Below are positions 38,939 through 47,487 of a DNA stretch of 47,487 bases, one piece after another. The translations under genes were made by a program, and so were the position numbers. Source of the stretch: Candidatus Scatomonas merdavium (GTDB lineage: Bacteria > Bacillota > Clostridia > Lachnospirales > Lachnospiraceae); NCBI GenBank assembly GCA_018716575.1, contig DVJR01000045.1, forward strand, positions 1-47,487, written 5' to 3'. The notes under the pieces were generated by a model, which was given only the letters and a program-made list of their open reading frames with translations, had not been told where the DNA came from and searched no databases. Within the stretch, counting starts at the first letter, position 1. Every line of letters starts with the position of its first letter.

Positions 38939-39880
38939 ATGGGTGAAGAGAAAGTGGGCTTTTTTAAGCGGCTGGTAAAGGGCCTTTCCAAGACCAGAGC
39001 CAGCATTGTCTCGGGCATCGATTCCATTTTCAGGGGATTTTCCAGCATAGACGATGACTTCTATGACGAGATAGAAGAAATACTGGTGATGGGCGACATA
39101 GGAATCAACACCACCACGAAGATCATTTCCAATCTGAAAATGGAGGTGGCGGAGCGCCATATCAAGGAACCGGCGGAGTGCAAGCAGATCCTGATCGACA
39201 GCATCAAGAAGCAGATGGCTGTCGGAGAGACTGCCTATGAATTCGAAAACCGGAAATCTGTAGTTCTGGTTATCGGAGTCAACGGCGTGGGGAAAACCAC
39301 TTCAGTGGGCAAGCTGGCGGGCAAGCTGAAGGATCAGGGCAAAAAGGTAATTCTGGCCGCGGCAGATACCTTTCGGGCTGCTGCAGGGGAGCAGCTGACC
39401 CAGTGGGCAAACCGCGCAGGCGTAGAGATCATAGGCGGGCAGCCGGGCGCGGATCCGGCGTCGGTGGTCTATGACGCGGTGGCGGCTGCAAGAGCCAGAA
39501 ACGCGGACGTGCTGCTGTGTGATACGGCAGGACGGCTTCACAATAAGAAGAATCTGATGGAAGAACTTCGGAAGATCTACCGGATTCTGGAGAAGGAGTA
39601 TCCAGAGGCGTATCTGGAGACCCTGGTGGTTCTGGACGGAACTACAGGACAGAATGCGCTGGCACAGGCAAGGCAGTTTAATGAGGTGGCAAATGTAACG
39701 GGAATCATTCTGACGAAGCTGGACGGGACGGCCAAGGGCGGCATTGCCGTGGCCATTCAGTCGGAGCTGGATATCCCGGTGAAATATATCGGCGTGGGCG
39801 AGTCCATTGACGATCTGCAGAAATTTGATTCTGATCAGTTCGTAAACGCTCTGTTCAATGTGGGCGCGGATCAGGGATAA
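38939..39880 (+). CDS. ftsY: SRP receptor FtsY
   Basis: [32 protein letters not shown]; AGGAGG RBS. Confidence 0.97.
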   Translation: MGEEKVGFFKRLVKGLSKTRASIVSGIDSIFRGFSSIDDDFYDEIEEILVMGDIGINTTTKIISNLKMEVAERHIKEPAECKQILIDSIKKQMAVGETAYEFENRKSVVLVIGVNGVGKTTSVGKLAGKLKDQGKKVILAAADTFRAAAGEQLTQWANRAGVEIIGGQPGADPASVVYDAVAAARARNADVLLCDTAGRLHNKKNLMEELRKIYRILEKEYPEAYLETLVVLDGTTGQNALAQARQFNEVANVTGIILTKLDGTAKGGIAVAIQSELDIPVKYIGVGESIDDLQKFDSDQFVNALFNVGADQG

Positions 39881-39912
39881 GGACGATTACAGGAAGAAAG
39901 AGGGAAAGAGAA

Positions 39913-41124
39913 ATGCTGACATTGGATAAATTTGAGGAAGCCTCGGAGGCGGTCAGAAAGGTCACACAGGAGACGAAGCTGGTTTACAGCGATTATTTCA
40001 GCGAACAGACGGGCAACAGGGTTTATCTGAAGCCGGAGAACATGCAGTTTACGGGAGCCTACAAGCTCCGTGGGGCGTATTACAAAATCAGTACGCTGTC
40101 TGAAGAGGAACGGAAAAAGGGACTGATTACGGCTTCTGCCGGAAATCACGCTCAGGGTGTGGCCTATGCGGCCAAATGCTTTGGTGCGAAGGCAGTGATC
40201 GTAATGCCTACCACTACGCCGCTGATCAAGGTGGAACGTACCAAGAATTACGGCGCGGAAGTGGTGCTCTATGGGGACGTATACGACGAGGCCTGCGATT
40301 ACGCCCTGAAGCTGGCTGAGGAAAAAGGCTATACGTTCATCCATCCCTTTGATGATCTGACCGTGGCCACAGGCCAGGGAACCATAGCCATGGAAATTTT
40401 CCAGGAGCTGCCCCTGGTGGACTATATTCTGGTTCCCATCGGCGGCGGCGGGCTGGCTACGGGTGTATCTACGCTGGCAAAGCTTCTGAATCCCAAGATC
40501 AAGGTTATCGGCGTGGAGCCGGCCGGAGCCAACTGTATGCAGGTTTCTCTGGAAAAAGGCGAAGTAACTACTCTGCCGGCTGTCAATACCATTGCGGACG
40601 GTACAGCTGTCAAACGGCCGGGTGAGAAAATCTTTCCGTATCTTCAGGAGAACCTGGATGGAATTCTGACGGTGGAGGACGATGAGCTGATTGTCGCATT
40701 TCTGGATATGGTGGAAAACCACAAGATGATCGTGGAAAATTCCGGCCTGCTGACGGTGGCGGCCCTGAAGCATCTGGATGTGAAGGGGAAGAAAGTGGTG
40801 GCGATTTTAAGCGGCGGAAATATGGACGTGATCACCATGTCGTCAGTGGTTCAGAACGGGCTGATTGCCAGAGACAGAATCTTTACGATTTCCGTACTGC
40901 TTCCTGATAAGCCTGGCGAGCTGGTAAGAGTGTCAACAGTAATTGCAGAGCAGCGAGGGAACGTCATAAAGCTGGAGCACAACCAGTTCTACAGCACTAA
41001 CAGAAATGCGGCCGTAGAACTGAAAATTACCATGGAGGCTTTTGGGACGGCGCATAAGATGCAGATTATCGAAGCGCTGGAGAAGGCCGGGTATGAGCCG
41101 AAACAAATACGGCCCAATTTATAA
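39913..41124 (+). CDS. ilvA: threonine ammonia-lyase with C-terminal ACT domain
   Basis: KPENMQFTGAYKLRGA, ASAGNHAQG, PIGGGGL, SGGN, PDKPGEL. Confidence 0.92.
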   Translation: MLTLDKFEEASEAVRKVTQETKLVYSDYFSEQTGNRVYLKPENMQFTGAYKLRGAYYKISTLSEEERKKGLITASAGNHAQGVAYAAKCFGAKAVIVMPTTTPLIKVERTKNYGAEVVLYGDVYDEACDYALKLAEEKGYTFIHPFDDLTVATGQGTIAMEIFQELPLVDYILVPIGGGGLATGVSTLAKLLNPKIKVIGVEPAGANCMQVSLEKGEVTTLPAVNTIADGTAVKRPGEKIFPYLQENLDGILTVEDDELIVAFLDMVENHKMIVENSGLLTVAALKHLDVKGKKVVAILSGGNMDVITMSSVVQNGLIARDRIFTISVLLPDKPGELVRVSTVIAEQRGNVIKLEHNQFYSTNRNAAVELKITMEAFGTAHKMQIIEALEKAGYEPKQIRPNL

Positions 41125-41129
41125 AAATA

Positions 41130-41175
41130 AAAACTGCCTTAGACACATACGGCCGGTTGTGTTTAAGGCAGTTTT
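41130..41175. terminator. bidirectional intrinsic terminator
   Basis: aaaactgccttagacaca/tgtgtttaaggcagtttt between convergent genes. Confidence 0.88.
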
Positions 41176-41178
41176 ATG

Positions 41179-41973
41179 TCAGTGGAACCTTTTCTGATAC
41201 ATTTTTTCCACAAAGCCGATGACGGAATACATGATCATAGCCAGAATGCAGAGAAGCACGATGGACATAATCACCATGTTCAGCTTGAAAACCTGGGAGC
41301 CGTAGATGATCAGATATCCCAGGCCGCTGCGGGCTCCGATAAATTCTCCGATGACGACTCCTACCAGACAGAGTCCGATATTTACTTTTAGTGAGCTTAA
41401 GAGATAAGGGACGGAGGAGGGAAGCACAACTTTTGTCAGGCAGTCCCTCTTGTTTCCTCCCAGGGTATGGATCAGTTTCAGCATATCGGGATCTACTGCG
41501 TGGAATCCGGCGTTCAGGCTGATGACAGAGCCGAATACAGCTACGGACATTCCGGCTACAATAATGGTTTTCATGTTGGCGCCCAGCCATACGATCAGCA
41601 AAGGGGCCAGGGCAGATTTCGGAAGGCTGTTCAGAACTACCAGATACGGTTCGGTTACAGAGGCAAATTTGGGGAATGTCCAGAGCAGCACGGCAAACAG
41701 CATGGAGAAAATCATAACCAGAAGAAAGCTGATTACCGTTTCCGACACGGTGATACCGATATGAGACAGAAGAGCCTGGTCCCGCCACATGATACAGAAG
41801 GTTCTCAGGATGTCGGAAGGGCTGCTGAATATAAAGGAATCAATCCATCCAAGCCTTGCAGCAGCTTCCCAGAGAATCAGGAAGCCTGCAAAGACGGCTG
41901 CGCGCAAAAATGCGATCAGCCGTTTCTGGGTTTTCAGTTTTTTAAGATACAGAGACTGCGCTGCTGTATTCAT
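41179..41973 (-). CDS. NitT/TauT-type ABC transporter permease (YtlD-like)
   Basis: LNSLPKSALAP, VGVVIGEF..GLGYLI. Confidence 0.88.
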   Translation of the reverse strand: MNTAAQSLYLKKLKTQKRLIAFLRAAVFAGFLILWEAAARLGWIDSFIFSSPSDILRTFCIMWRDQALLSHIGITVSETVISFLLVMIFSMLFAVLLWTFPKFASVTEPYLVVLNSLPKSALAPLLIVWLGANMKTIIVAGMSVAVFGSVISLNAGFHAVDPDMLKLIHTLGGNKRDCLTKVVLPSSVPYLLSSLKVNIGLCLVGVVIGEFIGARSGLGYLIIYGSQVFKLNMVIMSIVLLCILAMIMYSVIGFVEKMYQKRFH

Positions 41974-42733
41974 GACTGTTCAGCTCCTTCCAGATGAGAT
42001 TGAAGTAATATTTGAAATTAGGGGCGTTCCGGGAAGTCATGGGCGTGCGGTTTGCAATATCCAGTTCCACCGGAACGACAGAGCGTATGCTGGCAGGGCG
42101 GCGGGAGAGTATGATCACCCGGTCGGCCATGCTCAGAGCTTCTGAAATATCGTGCGTAACCAGAAGGGCAGTTTTGCCCTCTTTTTTTATGATCTGCCCG
42201 ATATCATCCGCTACGTTCAGACGTGTCTGGTAGTCCAGTGCGGAAAATGGTTCATCCAGAAGCAGCAGAGCAGGTTCCAGAGCCAGCGTGCGGATCAGTG
42301 CGGCTCGCTGGCGCATGCCGCCGGACAGCTGAGAGGGACGGGATTTTTTGAATTGTTCCAGGCCGTAGGAGGCCAAAAGGCCGTCTACTCTGGCCTGAGA
42401 AGATTCTGTTAATTTGTGCTGGATTTCAAGCCCCAGAAGCACATTGCTGTAAATGGTGCGCCATTCGAATAAATGATCCTTCTGGAGCATATAGCCGATA
42501 TTCAGACTGGATTCCTCCAGCGGCTTTCCGTCAATGGAGATGGTTCCTTCTTCCGGACGGAGAAGGCCGGAAATCAGATTCAGTATTGTGCTTTTTCCGC
42601 AGCCGCTGGGTCCGACTATGGCTGCAAATTCTCCCTGCTGTATGGAAAAGCTGATGTCGGATAAAACAGGTGTTTCTCCTTCAGGCGTGTGGTAGGACAA
42701 TGATATATGGTTTAATTCCAGTAATGGTTTCAT
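41942..42733 (-). CDS. NitT/TauT-type ABC transporter ATP-binding protein (YtlC-like)
   Basis: GPSGCGKST, LSGGMRQR, LDEPFSALD, VTHD. Confidence 0.92.
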   Translation of the reverse strand: MKPLLELNHISLSYHTPEGETPVLSDISFSIQQGEFAAIVGPSGCGKSTILNLISGLLRPEEGTISIDGKPLEESSLNIGYMLQKDHLFEWRTIYSNVLLGLEIQHKLTESSQARVDGLLASYGLEQFKKSRPSQLSGGMRQRAALIRTLALEPALLLLDEPFSALDYQTRLNVADDIGQIIKKEGKTALLVTHDISEALSMADRVIILSRRPASIRSVVPVELDIANRTPMTSRNAPNFKYYFNLIWKELNSHEYSSAVSVS

Positions 42734-42879
42734 TTTCTCAGACCTCCTGTAAATAGGATAAAGGCCGCTTTAGGGGCCTTTACAATATAATATGAGGAGA
42801 TGGAAGCTGCCGGGATAAATTTAAGAAAATTTAACCTGCATTTGCGGACTTTTTTTCCATCCATTCGCTATACTGTTTC

Positions 42880-43042
42880 AGAACCGCAGGAAACCTGCGG
42901 AACATACCTGAACAATTTTCCGGCTACATTACCTACGGAATCGAACTGACGGATATCCAGTGATACCGTTCCCCTTCAGGCAGTTTTTATATTGAAAAAA
43001 GCGCTGCAGCTATTCCCGGTTGGCATGGCTGCAGCGTTTTTT
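42880..43042 (+). ncRNA. candidate structured small RNA with its own -10 and terminator
   Basis: TATACT at 42869-42874; several stems; terminator cgctgcagctat/atggctgcagcg plus T6; no RBS-led ORF seen. Confidence 0.5.
43002..43042 (+). terminator. intrinsic terminator
   Basis: 12-bp stem with one U-G pair on the + strand, followed by TTTTTT. Confidence 0.85.
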
Positions 43043-43189
43043 ACCTCTGTATTTTGACCGGTTTTGAGCAAACGGAAAAACTTTCCGTGTAAAGAAAACG
43101 TAAAATTCGGTAAAATTTATTTGAGTAACCGGCCTGTTTGTGGTAATATAGGGGATGAATTACGGCTGCCATACAGGGGATGGTGAGAA

Positions 43190-44269
43190 GTGAAAGGTAG
43201 AAAGAAACGTTTATTTAATATAATTTTTCTGCTGGCGGTGTTCGCACTGACCTTATATGGAATGCTCCGGGGACATAATATCGGAGAGGTGATCGACGCC
43301 ATGCAGCATACGGACGGACGTTATCTGCTTCTGGCAGTCTGCTGCGTCCTGCTCTTTATCGGAGGCCAGGCGGTGGCCATATGGCTGATGATGCGGGCTC
43401 ATCAGGAGCATCAGAGCTTCGGAAAATGCCTGCTGTATTCCTTTACGGGATATTTTTACTGCAGCATCACGCCCTTTGCCAGCGGCGGTCCGCCCATGCA
43501 GATTTTTTATATGCGAAAAGAAAAGGTACCGATTCCGGTAGCTTCCGTTGTGATGCTGATTGTGACGTTTCTGTATAAAGCTGTTCTGGTGGTGGCAGGA
43601 CTGCTTCTTCTGCTGTTTGGCCAGCGGCTGATCAGCCGTTATCTGAGCGGTGTGCTGCTCATTTTCGGCGTAGGGCTTTTTCTGACTGTAGGCTTTTCCT
43701 TTCTGCTGGCGATGTTTATTTTTCGGCCGAATCTGGCGAAAAAGGCCATGGTAAAGGGGCTGGGCTGGCTGGAGAGAAAGCGTTTTATGAAACCAAAAGA
43801 GGGCCGGAGAGAGAGGCTGGAGGCCTCCATGGATCAGTACGGAGAAACGGCGGTTTTCTTCAAGACGCACAAGGCGCTGATGGCGCTGGTGTTCTGCGTC
43901 ACACTGGCCCAGAGATTCTGTCTGTTTCTGGCCACGTATTTCGTATACCGGGCTTTTGGACTGTCCGGGGCGTCCGTCTGGCTGATCGTCATTCTTCAGG
44001 CGACCATATCCATTTCCGCGGATATGCTTCCGCTGCCGGGCGGAATGGGAATCAGTGAAGCGCTGTTTGTGAGTATTTTTGCCGGGATATTCGGCTCAAA
44101 TCTGGTATTCCCGGGAATGGTGCTGAGCCGGGGAATTACATATTATGTGCAGCTGCTTCTATGCGCAGCTATGGCGGTAGTGAGCCATTTTGTACTGGGC
44201 CGTGCTCCGCTGGACAAAAGAAGTATGAAAAAAGCGCCGGAGGCAAAGGAGGCCAGGGCGGAACAGTGA
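43190..44269 (+). CDS. lysylphosphatidylglycerol synthase TM / YbhN flippase-like membrane protein
   Basis: ITPFASGGPP, PLPGGMGISE, RGITYY; multiple TM helices. Confidence 0.85.
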   Translation: MKGRKKRLFNIIFLLAVFALTLYGMLRGHNIGEVIDAMQHTDGRYLLLAVCCVLLFIGGQAVAIWLMMRAHQEHQSFGKCLLYSFTGYFYCSITPFASGGPPMQIFYMRKEKVPIPVASVVMLIVTFLYKAVLVVAGLLLLLFGQRLISRYLSGVLLIFGVGLFLTVGFSFLLAMFIFRPNLAKKAMVKGLGWLERKRFMKPKEGRRERLEASMDQYGETAVFFKTHKALMALVFCVTLAQRFCLFLATYFVYRAFGLSGASVWLIVILQATISISADMLPLPGGMGISEALFVSIFAGIFGSNLVFPGMVLSRGITYYVQLLLCAAMAVVSHFVLGRAPLDKRSMKKAPEAKEARAEQ

Positions 44270-44919
44270 ATACAGGAACTAAACTAAATTATCAGAAAGA
44301 ACTGGATCGTATCCTGAACGGGCTGGAGCGGCGGCAGGAGGTGCCTGCTTTGCTGCTGCACAGTTGTTGCGCACCGTGCAGCAGCTATGTGCTGGAATAT
44401 CTGGCCCGTTATTTCAGGATTACGATTTTTTATTATAATCCGAATATTTCTCCTGAGGAAGAGTACAGGAAACGGGTGGAAGAACAGAAGCGCCTGATTC
44501 GGGAAATGCCTTTGGAGCACCCCGTGCATTTTGTAGAAGGCAAGTATGAACCGGAGCTTTTTTTTGAGTTGGCAAAAGGACTGGAGGAAGTTCCTGAAGG
44601 CGGAGAGAGATGTTTCCGCTGCTACGAGCTGAGGCTTCGGGAAGCGGCCCGGGCGGCAAAGGAGCTGCGTCAGGATTACTTTACTACGACGCTGACTATC
44701 AGCCCGCTTAAGAACGCCGCGAAGCTCAATGAGATCGGACTGGCCGCAGGTGAGGAGATCGGGGTTCCCTATCTGGTTTCGGATTTTAAAAAGAGGAATG
44801 GTTATAAACGGTCGGTAGAACTGTCCGCGGAGTACGGGCTTTACCGGCAGAATTACTGCGGCTGCATCTTTTCCCGCCGGGAAGCGGACGCCAGGATGGC
44901 GCGAAAGACTGATGAATAG
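44266..44919 (+). CDS. queH: epoxyqueuosine reductase QueH
   Basis: LLHSCCAPCS, YNPNI, EGGERCFRCY, SPLKN, YRQNYCGC; GTGA overlap with the upstream stop. Confidence 0.93.
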   Translation: MNTGTKLNYQKELDRILNGLERRQEVPALLLHSCCAPCSSYVLEYLARYFRITIFYYNPNISPEEEYRKRVEEQKRLIREMPLEHPVHFVEGKYEPELFFELAKGLEEVPEGGERCFRCYELRLREAARAAKELRQDYFTTTLTISPLKNAAKLNEIGLAAGEEIGVPYLVSDFKKRNGYKRSVELSAEYGLYRQNYCGCIFSRREADARMARKTDE

Positions 44920-44986
44920 ATGAAGACAGGGAACAGATAAAACAATACGGCTGGAGGCCGAACAACATGAAAGAGAGGGAAAATAT

Positions 44987-46384
44987 ATGGCACAGCTATG
45001 GGGAGGACGATTTACCAAGGAAACAGATCAGCTGGTTTATAACTTCAATGCTTCCATAGATTTTGACAGGAAGTTTTATCGTCAGGATATCCGGGGCAGT
45101 ATCGCCCATGTGAAAATGCTGGCGAAACAGGGAATTCTGACGGAAGAAGAAGGACGGCAGATCGTACAGGGCCTGGAAGGCATTCTGCAGGATGTGGAAA
45201 GCGGAAAGTTGGAGATTACGTCGGAATATGAAGATATTCACAGCTTTGTGGAGGCGGTTCTGATCGACAGAATAGGAGATGCCGGAAAGAAGCTGCACAC
45301 AGGGCGGAGCCGGAACGATCAGGTGGCGCTGGACATGAAGCTTTATATCCGGGATGAGCTGGAAGAGACAGACGCTCTGGTGAAAAAGCTGATGACAGTA
45401 CTGGAACGCCTTATGGAAGACAACCTGCATACCTATATGCCGGGCTTTACTCATCTGCAGAAGGCGCAGCCGGTGACGCTGGCCCATCATCTGGGCGCGT
45501 ATTTTGAAATGTTCCGCCGGGACCGGGGAAGGCTGGGAGATATTTATGAGCGGATGAATTACTGTCCGCTGGGAAGCGGAGCCCTGGCGGGAACAACCTA
45601 TCCGCTGGATCGGGCATATACGGCAGAGTTGCTGGATTTCTACGGGCCTACGGACAACAGTATGGATTCTGTATCGGATCGGGACTATGTCATCGAGCTG
45701 CTGGCGGCGCTGTCCACAATCATGATGCATCTGAGCCGGTTCTGCGAGGAAATCATCACCTGGAATACCAATGAGTATCGGTTTGTGGAGATTGACGACG
45801 CTTACAGCACGGGCAGCTCCATCATGCCCCAGAAGAAAAATCCGGATATCGCGGAGCTGGTGCGCGGAAAAACGGGACGGGTGTACGGGGCGCTGATGTC
45901 TCTGCTGACCACTATGAAGGGTCTGCCGCTGGCCTACAATAAGGATATGCAGGAGGATAAGGAGCTGACCTTTGACGCCCTGGATACGGCAAAGGGATGC
46001 CTGGCTCTGTTTACCGGCATGCTGGATACCATGAAATTCCGCCGGGATGTGATGGAAGCGTCCGCAAAGAACGGTTTCACCAACGCTACGGATGCCGCCG
46101 ATTATCTGGTGGGAAAGGGCGTGCCTTTCCGGGATGCTCACGGCATCGTAGGGCGGCTGGTGCTGGCCTGTATCGAGAAGAACTGTGCGCTGGATGACCT
46201 GTCTCTGGAGGAGTACCGTTCTTTCAGCCCTGTTTTTGATGAGGATATTTATGAGGCCATCAGCATGAAAACCTGCGTGGAGAAGCGGATTACCAGAGGG
46301 GCGCCAGGCGCATCCGCCATGGAGACTGTATTGGCAAAGAACAGGGAATACCTGGCCGGACAGCAGCCCTGGGAGAGAAAATAG
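44987..46384 (+). CDS. argH: argininosuccinate lyase
   Basis: LWGGRF, HTGRSRNDQ, GFTHLQ, GSSIMPQKKNPD, YNKDMQEDKE. Confidence 0.98.
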   Translation: MAQLWGGRFTKETDQLVYNFNASIDFDRKFYRQDIRGSIAHVKMLAKQGILTEEEGRQIVQGLEGILQDVESGKLEITSEYEDIHSFVEAVLIDRIGDAGKKLHTGRSRNDQVALDMKLYIRDELEETDALVKKLMTVLERLMEDNLHTYMPGFTHLQKAQPVTLAHHLGAYFEMFRRDRGRLGDIYERMNYCPLGSGALAGTTYPLDRAYTAELLDFYGPTDNSMDSVSDRDYVIELLAALSTIMMHLSRFCEEIITWNTNEYRFVEIDDAYSTGSSIMPQKKNPDIAELVRGKTGRVYGALMSLLTTMKGLPLAYNKDMQEDKELTFDALDTAKGCLALFTGMLDTMKFRRDVMEASAKNGFTNATDAADYLVGKGVPFRDAHGIVGRLVLACIEKNCALDDLSLEEYRSFSPVFDEDIYEAISMKTCVEKRITRGAPGASAMETVLAKNREYLAGQQPWERK

Positions 46385-46472
46385 CAGAAAAAATCTATTC
46401 CCAACCTGACGGCGGCAGAACAGCGTAAAAGATGCCGGTGATATGAATGAAAGGATAAAATGAAAAAAACAG

Positions 46473-46501
46473 TTGCATTTTCAGCGCTCTTGGTATAGTA
46501 T
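46473..46501 (+). promoter_or_regulatory. sigma-A promoter of asd
   Basis: TTGCAT, 17 bp spacer, TAGTAT (alternatively TGgTATAGT). Confidence 0.65.
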
Positions 46502-46585
46502 ATATTCAGTTGACGCACAAATGTGCGCCGTAGAAATACACAAGAAGCGGAAAGCGCTGTCTTTCCCGGAAATGAGGAGAAAAGA

Positions 46586-47487
46586 ATGGAAAAAAAGCTG
46601 AAAGTCGGAATTTTAGGCGCAACGGGAATGGTAGGACAGAGGTTCATCGCCCTGCTGGAAAACCATCCGTGGTTTGAAGTGGTTACGGTGGCTGCAAGCC
46701 CCAGGAGCGCAGGAAAGACATATGAGGAAGCCGTAGGAGGCCGCTGGAAAATGGATACTCCCATGCCGGAAGGCGTGAAGAAGCTGGTGGTCATGAATGT
46801 AAACGAAGTGGAGAAGGTAGCTTCTACTGTTGATTTCGTATTTTCGGCTGTAGATATGTCTAAAGACGAGATCAGGAAGATTGAAGAAGAGTATGCAAAG
46901 ACGGAGACGCCTGTGGTATCCAACAACAGTGCTCACCGCTGGACGCCGGATGTTCCCATGGTAGTTCCGGAGATTAATCCGGAGCATTTCGATGTGATTG
47001 AATTCCAGAAGAAACGTCTGGGAACACAGAAGGGATTCATAGCCGTAAAGCCCAACTGCTCTATTCAGAGCTATGCGCCGGTACTGACCGCATGGAAGGA
47101 ATATGAGCCCTATGAGGTGGTCGCCACTACCTATCAGGCGATCTCCGGCGCCGGAAAGACCTTTAAGGACTGGCCGGAGATGGAGGGAAACATCATTCCC
47201 TATATCGGCGGCGAGGAAGAGAAGAGTGAGCAGGAGCCGCTGCGCCTGTGGGGCAGGATCGAGAACGGAGTCATCGTAAAGGCCGAGGAGCCGAAGATTA
47301 CCTGCCAGTGCGTCCGTGTGCCGGTATTGAACGGCCATACGGCGGCGGTATTTGTAAAATTCAGAAAGCAGCCTACAAAAGAGCAGTTGATTGAAAAGCT
47401 GGTGAACTTTAAAGGTCTGCCCCAGGAGCTGGAGCTGCCCAGCGCTCCGAAGCAGTTCATCCAGTATCTGGAGGAGGATAACCGTCC
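46586..47487 (+). CDS. asd: aspartate-semialdehyde dehydrogenase, 3' truncated by the window edge (absent from the ORF track)
   Basis: translated by hand: MEKKLKVGILGATGMVGQRF..HPWFE..SNNSAHR..VPEIN..KPNC..QAISGAG..RVPVLNGH; GAGGAG RBS. Confidence 0.95.
   Translation, partial: MEKKLKVGILGATGMVGQRFIALLENHPWFEVVTVAASPRSAGKTYEEAVGGRWKMDTPMPEGVKKLVVMNVNEVEKVASTVDFVFSAVDMSKDEIRKIEEEYAKTETPVVSNNSAHRWTPDVPMVVPEINPEHFDVIEFQKKRLGTQKGFIAVKPNCSIQSYAPVLTAWKEYEPYEVVATTYQAISGAGKTFKDWPEMEGNIIPYIGGEEEKSEQEPLRLWGRIENGVIVKAEEPKITCQCVRVPVLNGHTAAVFVKFRKQPTKEQLIEKLVNFKGLPQELELPSAPKQFIQYLEEDNR

Noticed and set aside
42930-42950. GTTCGATTC on the minus strand resembling a tRNA T-loop
   Set aside because: No 5-bp T stem or cloverleaf around it
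42900-42985. Possible hammerhead or other self-cleaving ribozyme
   Set aside because: Core CUGANGA/GAAA is not present in the required positions

Overview
Gene-dense, mostly housekeeping chromosomal segment of a spore-forming Clostridia-class Firmicute, probably Lachnospiraceae (inferred from gene order, cotJABC, sigma-A promoters and AGGAGG RBSs). It holds about 45 CDSs: rpsF-rpsR, ZIP transporter, deoB, cotJABC, pit-DUF47, a GDPD, ftsW-like, acp, gltX, UvrD-like helicase, D-LDH, polA-coaE, tmcAL, pta-ackA, yceD-rpmF, plsX-acp-rnc-smc-ftsY, ilvA, a NitT/TauT ABC pair, queH, argH and a partial asd. I found no CRISPR array, rRNA, tRNA, transposase or prophage. Main unexplained signals: (1) a catalytically degenerate sirtuin fused in frame to GluRS, with an internal RBS, downstream of an acp gene carrying a FabT-like box; (2) a radical-SAM-like protein lacking CxxxCxxC; (3) a candidate standalone ~160-nt structured sRNA; (4) six hexamers at an exact 11-bp period plus related Pho-box-like repeats; (5) a 118-bp nested palindrome; (6) an rpsF-rpsR operon lacking ssb. 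Family assignments come from motif recognition by eye; no database searches were run.
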